DNA of 64,000 nt from the human T2T-CHM13v2.0 reference genome, Homo sapiens, in NCBI RefSeq assembly GCF_009914755.1, contig NC_060938.1; one strand, given 5' to 3'. Shown piece after piece: positions 1 through 24,871 of the stretch. Position 1 is the stretch's first letter; every line of letters starts with the position of its first letter. The notes beneath the pieces were generated by a model, which had not been told where the DNA came from, did not search any database, and worked only from the letters and a program-made list of their open reading frames with translations. The translations under genes and the position numbers were made by a program.

Positions 1-654
1 ATTAGTAACAAAAAAGAAAAAAATAATAATTTAATAATTTGTTCAATAGCAATAGATAACCAAAAAATAAATAAAAAGAAAAAACTAATAATCTAAAATT
101 TTTGATACAGATGGGATCTCACCCAGGCTGGCCTCAAATTCCTGGGCTCAAGCAATCTTTCCACCTTGGCCTCCCAAAGTGCTGGGATTACAGGTGTGAG
201 CCACCGTACCTGGCCCATATTTTTTATTAAGTGTTTATTTTTTATTTTCTTGGCAAAAAAATGCTTATTTGGGGATACAGCATACTTCCTGTGGCATCAC
301 ACCAGCTGGCACATAATGTCTAGCTATCTGAATTTTAGTAATGTTACTAAATTTGATTAGCCTGACCTAGCTATTATTGTCAGCTTTAGCTAGCTAGCTA
401 TTAACATACATACTGTATTCTACCTTGCTCAGTGAAGGGCCTGTCCTGCAAAGGAAATTCCACCAGGTGTTTCTGGGAGCTTTAGGCTCATTCCCTTGCA
501 GTCCTTGGCAACAGGGACCCTACCAGGCCTCCTTCCAGTTCCCACTGTGATTCTTAGTTTCACACTCACTTCTAGTGGGGCTCCTTTTTTAGGTGATGAC
601 TTAGTGATTTCTGGGTTTCTTGGTTCTTGTGATGCTCTCAAGTCCTCTTTTTCT

Positions 655-944
655 TTTTTTTCTTTTAGATGGAGTCTCGCTCTGTCGCCAGGCTGGAGTG
701 CAGTGGTGCAATCTCGGCTCCTGTAACCTCCACCTCCCAGGTTCAAGTGATTCTCCTGCCTCAGCCTCCCAAGTAGCCGGAACTAGAGGCGCATGCCACT
801 ATGCCCGGCTAATTTTTTGTATTTTTAGTAGAGACAGGGTTTCACCATCTTGGCCAGGATGGTCTCGATCTCTTGACCTTCTGATCTGCCTGCCTCGGCC
901 TCCGAAAGTGCTGGGATTACAGGTGTCAGCCACCACGCCCGGCC
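655..944 (-). mobile_element. Alu (AluS-type), full length
   Basis: Antisense Alu with 15-bp TSD aagtcctctttttct (640-654; 945-959). Confidence 0.9.
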
Positions 945-2429
945 AAGTCCTCTTTTTCTAACCTCCACTTCTGCCAGGACATGCCTTGCCTTACACACAT
1001 GCACACACACACGCACACACACCCTTCCCACCCCAACCTCTCCCTCCCACCCTGTATCTTCCTCCTGTTCTTGTTGCTACCTTAGTTTGGCCCCACCAAT
1101 TAATTAGCATCCTAAAAAACGTTCCAGGGGACGTTTTTTCACATAGTTTTTGGTAGAGATGTTGTCTGTAGATGTTTTCTTTTGCTATCCTAGTTGTTTT
1201 CACTGTTATTGTGAGGAGGTTCGGGAAGATCCCAGAATCTGCTGCTGCCATCACCACTACTTTCTTTGCTTCTCTTCACTCTTGCATTTTTAAATTTTAA
1301 ATTGCCTGCTCTTTCTCCTAAAGTGATATATTGTAGCCCTGCTTTTGAAATATTTTCATCCGACCACTATTAAAGTCATTATGACATTTTTTACTAGTCC
1401 AAAGATTGTGAGATACAGAAGTGTAAATTTAAGTATATATATTCTCTGGGCAACAGTTGGGCAGGCTCTTGTCTGACAATTTAAATTTATTTACATTTTT
1501 AGCTGGATGCAGTGGCTCATGCCTGTAATCCCAGCACTTTAGGAGGCCAAGGTGGGAGGATTGTTTGAGCCCAGGAGCTCAGACCAGCCTGGGCAACACA
1601 GTGAGACTCCTGTCTCTACAAAAAAATAAGAAAAAAATTAGCCAGGTGGGCTGGCATTTGCCTGTAGTCTTAGCTACTCAGAAGACTGACATGAGAGGAT
1701 CTTGAGTCCAAGAGTTCCAGGGTGTAGTGAGCTATGATCACACCACTATACTCTGGCCTGGGTGACAGAGGGAGACCCTGTCTCAAAACAAAACAAAGCA
1801 AAATTCATATTTAGCAAGAGCTGTAACATGTTGCTACACTTTATTGTGAAATTCAAAATAACATAAAGTGCTTCTGGGCTAAGGACAACCAAGCAGGCCA
1901 CCTGAAAAGTCTCTGTGTTCTACTCTGACGACTGATCTGAATGAGGATGGTACCAAGTTCAGATACACTTCTGTAAACTTGGCTTGGATAACATTTGCCT
2001 GGTATGTTTTATTTATTGCAAGTGGAAAGAGTGATTAGCTCAACTTTCTAAAAGAGAAAATCAGACTTAAGAATTTTGGAAGTATTATTAGCCCTAATCA
2101 CAAATATTAAACACACTATAGTGAATATAGTAATTTAAACTTTATTGTCCTAAATTTTCACATTATCTGATTGAGCCACTTCTTTGACATTTTAGGCTCC
2201 CTGTTGAGATCAATTACAAGTAAATAATCTGTTAGAATTGTACCTTTTGTGGTGTGCTCCAGGGTCAAGATCTAAGCTAGCAAAACATGCATATTAGCCA
2301 TGAAAAGCTTTTATATAGAGGGTACAAAAGGTTGGATTTAAACGAGCGAATGGGGAGTGAAATTGTACATCCATGGTCCTGTTACAGCCATCACTGAATT
2401 AACTAGTCTTGAGGCAAACCCAGAGGTAA

Positions 2430-2640
2430 TGAGCTTTGGGTGAGAGCACAGACTTGAAAGCCACATACTAAATGAAACTGGGTCTTCCTCAACCATTTCA
2501 CTGAGTGACCTTTGGCAAGTAATTAAATTTTCACATCTGTAAAGTGGAGATAAAAAGTCTCTGACTCACAGAGCTATGAGGGGGATTAAATAGATATAGT
2601 TAAAGCATTCAAAACAATGCCTGGCACCTAATGAGCACTG
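2430..2640 (+). mobile_element. MIR-like SINE remnant
   Basis: Degenerate MIR core (gtgacctttggcaagt...catctgtaaagtggagataa...aaagcatt...tgcctggcac); boundaries approximate. Confidence 0.55.
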
Positions 2641-3003
2641 TAAGCACTTCCTATTGTTATTATGCTCTGTTCCTGAGTTGGTGAGTTGGGTGGTATTAGC
2701 ACATTGTATTACCAAGAGTGAGTAATACTGCCTTTCAAGTTATAGCAATGGAAGTCTTTCACGACCACCATCAAACATTGGGAGCATTAATGACTCATTT
2801 GTTTTTGTTTTTTTAAATGTAGAGGTTTTTTTTTTTTTATTGTTTGCTTGTTTGGTTTTTTGAGACGGTCTTGCTCTGTTGCCTTGATCTGTGGCATGAT
2901 CTCAGCTCACTGCAGCCTTGACCTCCTGGGCTCATGTGATCCTCCCACCTCAGCCTCCCAAAGCACTGGGATTACAGATAAGAGCCATGGAGCCTAGCCT
3001 TAA

Positions 3004-3297
<294 letters not shown>

Positions 3298-3332
3298 TGA
3301 GCCACTGTGTCTGGCCCTAATGTAGCTTTTAA

Positions 3333-3720
<388 letters not shown>

Positions 3721-4518
3721 AATAGGTGTAGTTTTACAGTATTATTTTCTTGTATATTTTTAGGGGAAAATTCACATGGTAATTAATTTTTCCCCAGGTA
3801 ATATGAACATTAGAGTAAAAGACTTTGTAATGTTGAAACAAATTAATTGCTTATAAATTATGGAGCAATTGTTTTACAGAAACAGTCTCCATAATCCCAG
3901 TACTGCACTTAAATTCACTTATAGTCTACCAGTCAACTTGTCAGAGATATAGTTTGTGTAAAGTCAAATTACTCTGCATCTTTTTTTTTTTTTTTTTTTC
4001 CTGAGACAGGGTCTCGTTCCCTCCCCAAGGCTGGAGTGCAGTGGCCTAGTCACAGCAGGCTGCAACCTCAACCTCCCAAGGCTCAGGTGATCCTCCCCTC
4101 TCAGCCTCCCAAGTAGCTGGGACTGTAGGCAGATGTCACCATGCCTGGCTAATTTTTGTATTTTTTGTTGAGATGGGGTTTCGCCATATTGCTCAGGCTA
4201 GTCCTCCACATCTTAGTAAGCTTTCATTTATTTGTTTCTTCCTTAACACAAAGCTATAGGAAACATAGGTAAATTAAATTTTAATTCTAAATTCCTTTGG
4301 TTTGATTTGAACTTAAAATCTGTAACATTGCACTCGACCTTAAGAACACTCACAGACTTGTCATTTGAATCCTAATGCAGTGCTGTTAGGTGATCACTGC
4401 CCATTAAATGAAAAGAAAAATGTACTATATGAGAAAAATCTATTTGCTTTGTATGTCTTTCACAGTCTTTTTTCCTTTTGTTATTGTATTTATTAATTTT
4501 CGAGACTATCATAAAACA

Positions 4519-7096
<2,578 letters not shown>

Positions 7097-8643
7097 TTAA
7101 TGCCAAATTAATCAAATATGGCTGAAATATTTGTTGAGTGACTCAAGACTTTAACAGAAAAAAGAAAAAGTTTCATCCAAAGCTACTTCAAATATACTTT
7201 GAATCATAAAGGAGGGATTTTGAGAGAGAGACTGAGAGGGGGTAGTGGATGGGAAAAAAGGTAGAATGGAACAGGTACAGGAAGAACAGGTTTCTTGAAG
7301 TCAAATTTCAGTAATCTTAGGACTGTAGTAGGGAGAATCTGTTGGGAAGAGAATCTTACCTACACTGGAGAGTAGGATGAGGAGAGAAAGGAGGTTCTGG
7401 AGTGTTTCACATTTTCCTTATCTCATTTAGCCCTCACAATAACTCGGCAACAGAGTTAACGTTATTCATAGTTGACAGGTGAGAAAACTGAATCATCGTA
7501 GAATTCAAGTAAATTTTGAGGCAAAGAAACAATGTTTTTGTTATGTACAAACATAATATAACAAACTCTGAGGGAGGTGATCCAAATTAGATAAAAATCT
7601 GCTACTGACCAGTATTATTTCCTCCCATTTATGGAGAAATTCAGAAACAGCTAAATTATTAATACTTGGAAGCTGATGGAATGAATCAATATGGCATGGC
7701 AAAAGAATCTCGCAGTTGCCATTTCCATATTTCCTGAGTTTAAGACATGCTGATTAGATGCTCTTAGCACATCCATTTTGAAAAACAGCACATATTTTAA
7801 AGACATATGGCATTTAGAAATGTCACAATAAATGAAACAGTAGCTTAATTGTTTAGGGTAAACATTTATTTTACAGCTAGATAACTTTGTAAAATTATAT
7901 AATTTAACTCAATGTTTTTAAAACAAACTGTAACTATGTATGTATGTGACACAAAAAGTAACATATCTCTTAAAATCTGGGAAATTTAAAACCAAGTAAC
8001 AATATAGAATAAATATTGCCCCTAATCCTACTATCCGGAGTTAAGCAAAATGCACTTTACTATAACCCTTCCTTTTCTACTTATTATGTCATAGTAGTGC
8101 TGGACTTTCCAGAGACAGGGTTTCTACATAGTAGCTCACAACTGTTCCAAGGAGTAGGAGAAACACATTATATGTCTGGTAATTTTTTTTTTAAAGACAG
8201 AGTCTCACTCTGCTGCCCAAACTAGAGTATTGTGGCATAATCGTAGATTACTGCAGCCTCAGTCTCCTGGGCTGAAGCCATCCTCCTGCCTCAGCCTCCC
8301 AAGTAGCTGGAACTACAGGCACATGCCACCATGCCAGGCTAATTTTTTTTTTCTTTTTTTTAATAGAGACAGGGTCTTGCTATGTTGCCTAGTCTGGTTT
8401 CAAACTCCCCAGCTCAAGCAATCCACCCACCTCAGCTTCCCAAAGTGCTGGGATTACAGGCCTAGAACCACGAACCTGGACCTGCTAGTTTCTAAAAAAA
8501 AAAAATTTGTAGAAATGGGGTCTTGCTATGTTTTTCAGGCTGGTCTTGAACTCCTGGCCTCAAGTGTATATGTTTATTTTTAATGAACCAGGCACTATGC
8601 ATTTAATTCCATGGTCCTGTTGCCTAATGCATTCCAAGGGTAA

Positions 8644-9063
<420 letters not shown>

Positions 9064-9119
9064 TAGGTATAATGTATATACCATAAAAATTTTTATGAAC
9101 CGTTTTACCACATACCGTT

Positions 9120-9499
9120 TGATATGGTTAGGCTTTGTGTCCCCACTCAAATCTCATCTTGAATGGTAATCCCCATAATCCCCATACGTCAAGGGAGAGA
9201 CAAGGTTGAAGTAATTGAATCATGGGGGCAGTTTCCTCCATGCTATTCTTGTGATAGTGAGCGAGTGTGATAGTGAGTGAGATGACATCTGCTGTGACCC
9301 TTTCCCCCTTCACTTGGCACTTGTCCGTCCTGCTGCCTTGTGAAGAAGGTTACTTGCTTCCCCGTCGCCTTATGCCATGATTGTAAGTTTGCGAGGCCTC
9401 CCCAGCCATGCTGAACTGTGAATCAATTAAACTACTTTCTATTATAAATTACCTAGTCTCGGGCAGTTCTTTATAGCAGTGTGAAAGCAGACTAATACA
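9120..9499 (+). mobile_element. THE1-family MaLR solo LTR
   Basis: tgatatggtt...gtcccca start, aattaaa signal, ...gactaataca end; TG...CA termini; 5-bp TSD ccgtt/ccatt. Confidence 0.88.
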
Positions 9500-9520
9500 C
9501 CATTCAAAATATATAGTTCT

Positions 9521-11150
<1,630 letters not shown>

Positions 11151-11209
11151 GTTTTCTTGTGGTGTGTGGGCAGGGGGAAGTTGTTTGTTGGTTGGTTTTT
11201 ATTTTTTGA

Positions 11210-11464
<255 letters not shown>

Positions 11465-11945
11465 TGATTCGCCCGCCTCAGCCTCCCAAAGCGCTGGGAC
11501 TACAGGCGTGAGCCACCGTGCCCAGCCTTTGAGACACAATCTTGCTGTGTCACCAGGCTGGATTGCAGTAGTGCAGTCTTGGCTCACTGCAACCTCCTCC
11601 TCCCAGGCTCAAGCCATTGTCATGCCTCAATGACAAGCCTCCCGAGTAGTTGGGATTACAGATGTGACTGCCACACCCGGTTAATTTTAGTAGAGATGAG
11701 GGTTTTGCCATGTTGGCCAGACTGTTCTTGAACTCCTGGCCTCAAGTGATTCGCTCACCTCGGCCTCCCAAAATGCTGCGATTACTGGTGTTAGCTACCA
11801 CGCCCAGCCTTAAATTTGTTTTTTCTGAAAGTTTATACAGGTTTAGTGCTTGCATTTAGGTCTATGATCTGTTTTGAGTTATTTTTGTATGTGGTGTGAC
11901 ATAAAAGTATAAATATATTTCTTTAATTTTTTTTTTTTTTTTTGA

Positions 11946-12259
<314 letters not shown>

Positions 12260-12357
12260 TAAATAAAAATTCTAGCCAGGACCACGCACAGTGACTCACA
12301 CCTGTAATCCCAGCACTTTGGGAGGCTGAAGTGGGTGGATCACGAGGTCAGAAGTTA

Positions 12358-12732
<375 letters not shown>

Positions 12733-13083
12733 TTATTCATAATACCTATATGTTTGTGTAGGACTATCCTATTAGTTATGTCCCTCTAGAGAACCCTGAC
12801 TAATGTCCAGGCACAGTGGCTCACGCCTGTAATCCCAGCACTTTGGGAGGCAGGGCAGATCACCCTAGGTCAGGAGTTCAAGACCAGCCTGGCCAACATG
12901 GTGAAACCCCATCTCTACAAAAAAAAACAACCAAAAACCCATTTCTACAAAAATTAGCCAGGCATGCCGGGCGTGGTGGCTCACGCCTGTAATCCCAACA
13001 CTTTGGGAGGTCGAGGCGGGCGGATCATGAGGTCAGGAGATCGAGACCATCCTGGCTAACACGGTGAAACCCTGTCTCTACTA

Positions 13084-13365
<282 letters not shown>

Positions 13366-13644
13366 TTATACTGGTAAAAATTTAAATATTTAAACAGTAT
13401 AACCATAAAGGTGCATGTAGACTTATATACTCAGACACACACACAAACAAGCCCTCTTCACTTTATTTTTTAAAATTTTTATTTATTTGTTTGTTTATTT
13501 TGAAACACGGTCTTTCTCTGTCACCCAGGCTGGAGTACAGTGGCACAATCTCGGCTCACTGCAACCTCTGCGTGGGCCACCATACACGGCTAATTTTTTT
13601 GCATGTTTTGTAGAGTCAGGGTTTCATCATGTTGCCCAGTCTGA

Positions 13645-14343
<699 letters not shown>

Positions 14344-15104
14344 TGAGGCTGGTCTCAAACTCCTGGCCTCAAGCAATTCTCCCACCTCAGCCTCCCAAGT
14401 ATCTGGGATTACAGGTTTGAGTATTTGGAATAATTTTAGATTTACAAAGGTTGTGAAGATAATACAGAGAATTTTCGTATACACTTGCCCATCTCCCCTA
14501 ATGTTATCCTCTCACATTACCATGATACATGTATCAAATATAACAAATTAACATGGATAGCATTATTATAACTAAACTCAGATTTTGTTCACATTTCACC
14601 AGTTTTTTCATTAGTCCGTTTTCTATTCCGGGCTCCCCTCCACGATACCATGTTGCATTTAGTCATCTTATTTCCTTAATCTTCTCTGGACTGTGATGGT
14701 TTTTTAGTCTTTTCTTGTTTTTCATGACTGTGGCAGTTTTGGAGAATACTGGTGAGAATGTCTCTCAAATTGGGTTTGTCTAATGTATTTTCTCATGATT
14801 GGCTGGGCTCGGTGGCCCATGACTGTATTCCAGCACTTCAGGAGGCTGGAGCGGGAGGATCGCTTGAGCCCAGGAGTTCAAAACCAGCCTAGGCAACAAA
14901 GCAAGACCCCATCTCCACAAGAAAATAAAAAAGTTAGCTGGGTGTGGTGGTGCATGCCTGTGGTCTCAGCTACACAGGAGGCTGCGACAGGAAGATCCCT
15001 TGAGCCCAGGGAGTCAAGGCTGCAGTGAGCCATGTTTGCACCACTGCACTCCAGCCTAGGTGACAGAGCAAAACCGTGTCTCAAAAAAAAAAAAAAAATA
15101 CGGT

Positions 15105-15215
15105 GTAGATATGCTGGACAAAGGGGATATTCACATCCCAGGCACAGCAGAGCAGGATGGCACAAAACTTCATCATGCTACTCAGAACAGCGTGCAGTTT
15201 AAAACTTAAGAATTG
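15105..15215 (-). mobile_element. MER44/Tigger7 fragment
   Basis: Reverse-complement similarity to the MER44 element at 60230-60370. Confidence 0.6.
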
Positions 15216-15434
15216 TTGCAGGCACTGTGGCTCACGCCTGTAATCCCAGCACTTTGGGAGACCGAGGCGGGCAGATCACCTGAGGTCGAGAGTTCGAGAC
15301 CAGCCTGACCAACATGGAGAAACACTGTCTCTACTAAAAATACAAAAAAATACAAAAATCTTTATCTATTTAGATGTTCACTTTGCATAGTTGTAATCCA
15401 TGTGAATGTAGAATTTGGCATTTTGATTTTGTGA

Positions 15435-15952
<518 letters not shown>

Positions 15953-16214
15953 TTAGGTGTGATGACGTGTGCCTAGAGTCACAACCACTAGGGAGGCTGA
16001 AGTGGGAGTATCACCTGAACCAGGGGACATCGAGGCTGCAGTGAGCCATGATTGCGCCACTGCACTCCAGCTTTGGTGATAGAGTGAGACCCTCTCGGGG
16101 AAAAAAAAGACATGAAGTTGGTATTAACAATTCTCAGTTTGTAGTATCTGCGCTTGCTCCATGTTTCACTATTTATAATGTTATAAACATTTTTATGCAT
16201 ATAGATTTTAATTA

Positions 16215-16553
<339 letters not shown>

Positions 16554-16787
16554 TCAAAAAAAAAAAAAAAAAAAGGTAGAATCAATCATTTTCATGATTT
16601 GTTGTTGCATTCTAGCAGGTTACATGGCAGAAAGTGTATAGCAATCTAAAAGACCAGTAAAAATGTGTAAATATACATATCTATTTCCCTGTAGACTTAT
16701 CAGTACTTTTTCCCTAATTTAATACAAGAAAGGAGGAAAGGAAAGAAGTCAGTGTGCTAAATTTTTTTTTTTTTTTTTTTTTTTTGA

Positions 16788-17111
<324 letters not shown>

Positions 17112-18516
17112 TAATTTTCTCCATCAGTCAGTAAGGTAGCTATTACTCCCAGTTGACAGTGCAAGGGCTGGGTGCCATAGGCCCCCGGGATGATGGCCAG
17201 AGGGCAGATACCAAAGGTCAAGTCCTGGAATATTGCCCAAGCCAGAGCTGGAAGAAGAAATCCAAAGCAAGTCACGAAGAACAGAGGCCAGAGAAGGAAT
17301 GGGGGCCAAGGCACTGGATCAAATGAAGGGAACCGAAAGCCTGAGCTGGGTTGGGAAATGGGAGGTCCTTTGGATGAATTCTAAATTCTAAAACACATCT
17401 TTTTAGTGACTTTTTTCTTTTTTTTTTTTTTTTTTTTTTTTTTTTGTAGAGACAGTGTCATTATGTTGCCCAGGCTGGTCTTAAACTTCTGGCCTCAAGT
17501 GATCATCCTGCCTCAACCTCTCAAGTGCTGGGATTGAAGACATGAGCTACCATGTCTGGCCTTTAGTAACCTTTTATAGGATCCAGCCAGGGCTTGTGAG
17601 TGGAATGGGTTCATTTAAAGATACCAGAAGAGAATAGTTGCTAAGACATTTTAGAGTTCATCAATTTATCACATTTATGTTTAAAAAAATAATAAAGTTG
17701 CTACATCTGCATACATATTTACATGATGTACAGAGGAGGTCTAAAAGGATAGGCACTAAACTTAAAAACATTGGATATATCTTTGGGAAAATGAATGGGA
17801 TTCAGGGCAGGAACAGGATATGAGGGTATTTTATATGTCTGCTTTGTTGGAATACTTATGTGACTTTTTTAAAGGAAAAGTTATTGCTAGAAAAAGCTTT
17901 CATTCATTCTTTCATTTATTCAGTTAACATTTATTGGATGCTCACTGTATACTAGGCACTGTGTGAGGATCTGAAGTAAGGTATAGATTCTACCCACTAG
18001 AAGAAGTTCACGTTCTGGTATAGTGTTTTTCAAACTTTGACTCAGTCTGTTAGCAAGTTCTGAAATTAAAAATCAGTTGGTCATATTATATTATAACCCA
18101 TAGTATAAAATAAAATATCTGTGAGGCCATACTTACATAAATAATAATTGAGTAAATAAACAAATGACCTGGGCAACATAGCAAGACCCCGTGTCTACAA
18201 AAAATTTTTTTTTAATTAGCAGGGCATGGGCTGGGCCCAGTGACTCACGCCTGTAATCCCAGCATTTTGGGAGGCCGAGGTGGGCGGATCACAAGATCAG
18301 GAGTTTGGGGCCAGCCTGGCCTATATGGTGAAACCCTGTCTCTACTAAAAATACAAAAATTAGCCAGGCGTGGTGGCAGGCACCTGTAGTCCCAGCTACT
18401 TGGGAGGCTGAGGCAGGAGAATTGCTTGAACCCTGGAGGGTTTAGGCGGAGGTTGCAGTAAGCCAAGATTGCGCCACTGCACTCTGGCCTGGGTGACAGA
18501 GCAAGACTCTGTCTCA

Positions 18517-18861
<345 letters not shown>

Positions 18862-19538
18862 TTAAAATACCTGACCAATACTCTTCAAAACTGTCAAGGT
18901 ATATCTCTGTATATCATGTAAATAATTAAATATATATATTACATTATATATATATATTACATCTCACATTTACATTATATATATTTGTATACTGGGCCAC
19001 AATGTAAAATCTTTCTCTCACAGTCACAGCTTTAAAAGTCTAAATTGCTTTTCTGGTAGGAGATCTCAACATGCAATAAAATGGTTATTATATAGACTAC
19101 AGACAGGATTATCAGCTCTTTGTAGTTGGGAAGAGAGGATTGGAATAGGCAGGAAAAGCTTCACCAGGGAAAAGACAACATGTTATCATGATGACACTGG
19201 CTAATCCTTATGTAGCACTCGCTGTGTGCCAACTGCCTAGCCTGTTCTAGGAATGTTACATATCCTAACTCCTTTAATTCTCACAACAACCTAGGAAGTG
19301 AGTACTGTTACTGTGGCCATTGTACAGAAGACTGAGTTCTAAAAGATTAAGTATCTTGTCCAGGGTCACAAAGCCACTAAGTAGTAGAGCCAAGCAGTCA
19401 GGCTCCAGTTCATGCTCTTGACTATTAAACTATACTGTACTAGTACTACATGTTTTCTGGGTGAAAATTTGCTTTTTAACTTTGGGGATTTTATTTAAAT
19501 CACTTTTCAGGAGGCAAAAAAGAAATGTTTTTGTCTGA

Positions 19539-19890
<352 letters not shown>

Positions 19891-20136
19891 TGAACTCCTG
19901 ACCTCAAGTGATCTGCCCGCCTCGGCCTCCCAAAGTGCTAGGATTACAGGCATGAGCCACTGTGCCCGGCCTTATCATTTTCATTTCTAAATCTACATAC
20001 TCTACTTTTTGTTTTCTCTTTAGAGACGAGGTCTTTCTCTGTTGCCCAGGCTGGAATGCAGTGGCTATTCACAGGCATGATCATAGTGTACAGCAGCCTC
20101 AAACTCTTGGGCTCAACCAATCTTCCAAGTAGCTAA

Positions 20137-20313
<177 letters not shown>

Positions 20314-20596
20314 TAGCTAGGATTACAGGTGTCCGCCACCACACCCAGCTAATCTTTGTACTTTTAGTAGAGATGGGGTTTCGCCATGTTGGCCACACTG
20401 GTCTCGAACTCCTGACCTCAGGTTATCCGCCCGCCTTGGCCTTCCAAAGTGCTGGGATTACAGGCGTGAGCCACCGTGCCCAGCCTATACTGTACTTTTT
20501 CATGCAGTGATTCGTTTGGCATTTTCCAGATTAATTGTGCAGCGGTGTTAGAAAAGAGAATAATGACTGGATCACTTCCAAAGCTACCTGAAGTTA

Positions 20597-21025
<429 letters not shown>

Positions 21026-21477
21026 CTACATCTCTGATCAGTTTTCCCATCTACAAAATGAAGGGAATACACCTCAGGGATGACAAATATAAGGTGCATA
21101 TGTTGCCACTCCCTGCTTCCTAACCTACAACTGACATGCCATCCTTTTGTTTTGAACCTGGAAGCAGCTCCAGAATCCTTCCCAAAGCAGCTATTAACAG
21201 TTAGTCACAGTTGACACCCAAGTTGAAACCCATTTGCCATCTTTGGATATGACAATCTGTAAAGACTCTCCTAGGTCTAACTCCCAGAAATACGCCATCA
21301 GAAATATAATACCTGCTCAATTCAATGTGTACTTCGTTCAGCCTCTTCAATCTCTCTTTTCTCTGGGCATTAAGTTTACATCATGTGGTTGCTGGGACAT
21401 GGATCTGAGCATATTCTACTTTTATGTTGTTTTGGTTTATTTTATTTTTATTTTATTTATTTATTTTTTGGAGATGA

Positions 21478-21633
<156 letters not shown>

Positions 21634-22343
21634 TAGTAGAGAAGGGGATTCACAATGTTAGCCAGGCTGGTCTCGAATTCCTGACCTCAAGTGATCCACC
21701 TGCCTCGGCCTCCCAAAGTACTGGGATTACAGGCGTGAGCAACTGCACCCAGCCAGTTGTTTTTTTTTTTTTTAGAGATAGGGTCTCCATCTGTCACCCA
21801 GGCTGGAGTGCAGTGGAGTGATCATAGCTCACTGTAGCCTAGAATTCCTGATCTCAGCCTTACTCTCCCAAGTAGCTGGGATTACAGACATGAACCACCA
21901 CACCCAGCTCTTGTTTTTCGCTTGTTTGTTTTTTGTTGTAGAGGCATGGTCTCCTATATTGCCTAAGCTGGTCTTCAACTCCTGGCCTCAGGTGATCCGC
22001 CCACCTTGGCCTCGCAAAGTGCTGGGATTACAGGCATGAACCACCTCGCCTGGCCCCGTATTCTACTCTGAATCTACCAGTCTCACTAGTCTTAAAAGCA
22101 TGTTCATGCTAATCCAAGGAAAATGCTTGTTTGATTCCTGCTCTAAGTAACCTTAACCTTCTTTTCCTCTCGGGGTTTTCTAGATTCCCTTGCTAGGGCA
22201 TCCTAGCACCATTTGTGTAATGCTTTCCCCAGTGAAGTTGCCTTCTTTCTTCTTCCTTGATGTATATACACACATTCACACAAGCTTTTGCCTGTAGCAT
22301 CTACTGACTTCCTTCCTGGTCATCAAAACATCTTCCCCATCTC

Positions 22344-22378
22344 TGTGTGTGTATGTGTGTGTGTGTGTGTGTGTGTGT
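22344..22378. repeat. (TG)n microsatellite
   Basis: Direct reading of sequence. Confidence 0.9.
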
Positions 22379-23732
22379 TTAGAGATAGGATCTTGCTCTG
22401 TTGCCCAGGCCAGAGTAGGAGTGCAGTGTTGTGATCATAGCTCACCACTGCCTCCAATTCCTGGGCACAAGCAGTCCTCCCACCTCAGCTTCCTAAGTAG
22501 CTGGGACTATAGGTACACACCGCGATGCCTGGCTTTTTTTTTTTTTCCTTTTTTTTTAGTAGACATGGCGTCTCACTGTATTTCCCAGGCTGGTCCCCAA
22601 CTTCTGGGCTCAAGCTATCCTCCCACCATGGCCTCTCAAAGTGCTACAATTATAGGTGTGAGCCACCACACCTGGCCCCTTGTGTGTCGTTAAATGCAAA
22701 TAGTTTAAAACAGGAAGTTCATACCTGCTCCCTGACCACTCCCAACACTTGTCTAAGCATATTCCCTTCTTACTGTCCTACCTCAGTTTCATAATTATTT
22801 CATCTCCCTCCTCCTTGATGATTAATAACCATGATAGGTGCTTACAGCATTCATCTTCAGTTCTCAGATGTGTACTTGTCTCTTGAGTCTCCACATTGTT
22901 TATTTTGGCATTGTATATTCTATAGTAAAAATAGTTTACAGTTGTGTTTCTCTAGTTTTTTACCACTGCATCATGCTACAGTTAAAATTGTCTAATGTTT
23001 AAGAGCATGCAAGAAAAGAAAGATATATGCAAGTCTTTAGAAGCCTTCATTTACTCTTTTCAAAACTTAACATCCTAATGAATATCAATTCAACATGTCC
23101 TTATTTGTCATCCTTGTTCTTGAAGTCAGTGGGAAGGAATGCTGTGCTTGTAAGGTAGAAACCAATTTGATCCCTTGTTGTAACACCTCAGTGAGATCTT
23201 TTTACATCTCATTTTACCACTTAATGCAAGCAGGACATTTAAAGGCAAAGGTTTGGCCATGAGTACCTTTGAGACATTTTTTTCCTTTTACCTGGCAGTT
23301 GAAATCCAAGGTATAGAATTATAATTTCTAACTATCATAAAGATGGTTTTTAAATAACTTTGCTGAAATGGAGTAAAAGAAAGGATGGTAATCTTAGCTT
23401 CCTGGTAACCTGCCGTAATTTACTGACAATAATTTGTGAGGCAAATAAAAGCAGCAGTTAATACCAAATGATTAAACACCACAGAGTATGTTGCAATCCC
23501 ACCCACAGCCATGAGCTTATCTTCCTGGAAAAGGGAGTGAATGGCCACAGGCCTCCCCCATGGCACAGCTGTTATATCCCCAGCTGAGCTGGTCTAGATA
23601 AATGAAGGCAACAACCCCAGGCTTGGCCACACTGGGCCTGGCTCTTTACAGCTTAGTGTGTAGAATTGCTGTAAGATAACCACCTGTCTGATAGGGCTTA
23701 GGAAACAAGAAATGAGCTGGGAGGACAAAAAA

Positions 23733-23885
23733 ATATATATATATATATTTATTTATTTATGTATATATATGTATTTATGTATATATGTATATATATTTAT
23801 ATGTATTTATGTATATATGTATATATATTTATGTATATATGTATATATATTTATATATTTATGTATATATATTTTTATATATATA
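23733..23885. repeat. Degenerate (TA)n / TATG AT-rich simple repeat
   Basis: ~150 nt composed almost only of A/T with periodic G. Confidence 0.9.
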
Positions 23886-23943
23886 AAACTTAGTCCAAGT
23901 ATTATATCATAATGTTGTTTCTAGTTGCAGCAAGGAAATAATA

Positions 23944-24181
23944 CAGTTGACTCTTGAACAACACAGGCTTGAACTGCACGGATCCATTTATATGCACCTT
24001 TTTTTCCCACCAAACACAGATGGAAAATACAGTGTTTGTGGCATGCAAAACCCCAGTTATATGGGGCTGATTTTTGTGTAGGTAGGTTCCACGGGGCCTA
24101 CTGTGGGACTTGAGTATGCACGGATTTGGTTATACTCAGGGCAGTCCCGGAAACAATACCCTGCATACCAAGGGTTGACTG
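23944..24181. mobile_element. MER8/Tigger2-derived non-autonomous DNA transposon
   Basis: cagttgactcttgaacaacac start, agggttgactg end (imperfect TIRs), TA on both sides, ~238 bp. Confidence 0.75.
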
Positions 24182-24673
24182 TAATGAAAACAGCTCAGTT
24201 GTAAAGTGAATATTTACTGTAGACCAGCGCCTTTGCTAAGTGCTGTTTGTGTTACCTATCTCACTCTCACACCTCAGAGGTAGCCATCCCCCTGGGGTTC
24301 AAAAAACCCAAGCAACTTAAGCGTCACATGGCAGGTACGTGGCAAAGCCAAGACTTGAGCCAGGTCTGTCTTACTCAAGTCTGAGCTTTTAAGCAATGCC
24401 TTCTCCTGTCTCCTCAAGCAGGCAAAATCCCCAAAGAAAAAAATACTTGCTGGTTTCAGCTTGACTTAGCTGCTTAGCTCAGTGCATAGTGGGACCCACC
24501 CTCTATTGTGGTGTTCCCCAGCCTCTGTATTTGCTGGGATTCTGATTAGTCCAAGAACCACTCATTCACCAAAGGTCCTGTTCTTCCATGCAATCTGCTT
24601 ATTTTGCTAGATGCATGGGATGACACATGAATAAAGGACATTCAGGCATCTAGTGAAATATGGAGAATCATAA

Positions 24674-24871
<198 letters not shown>
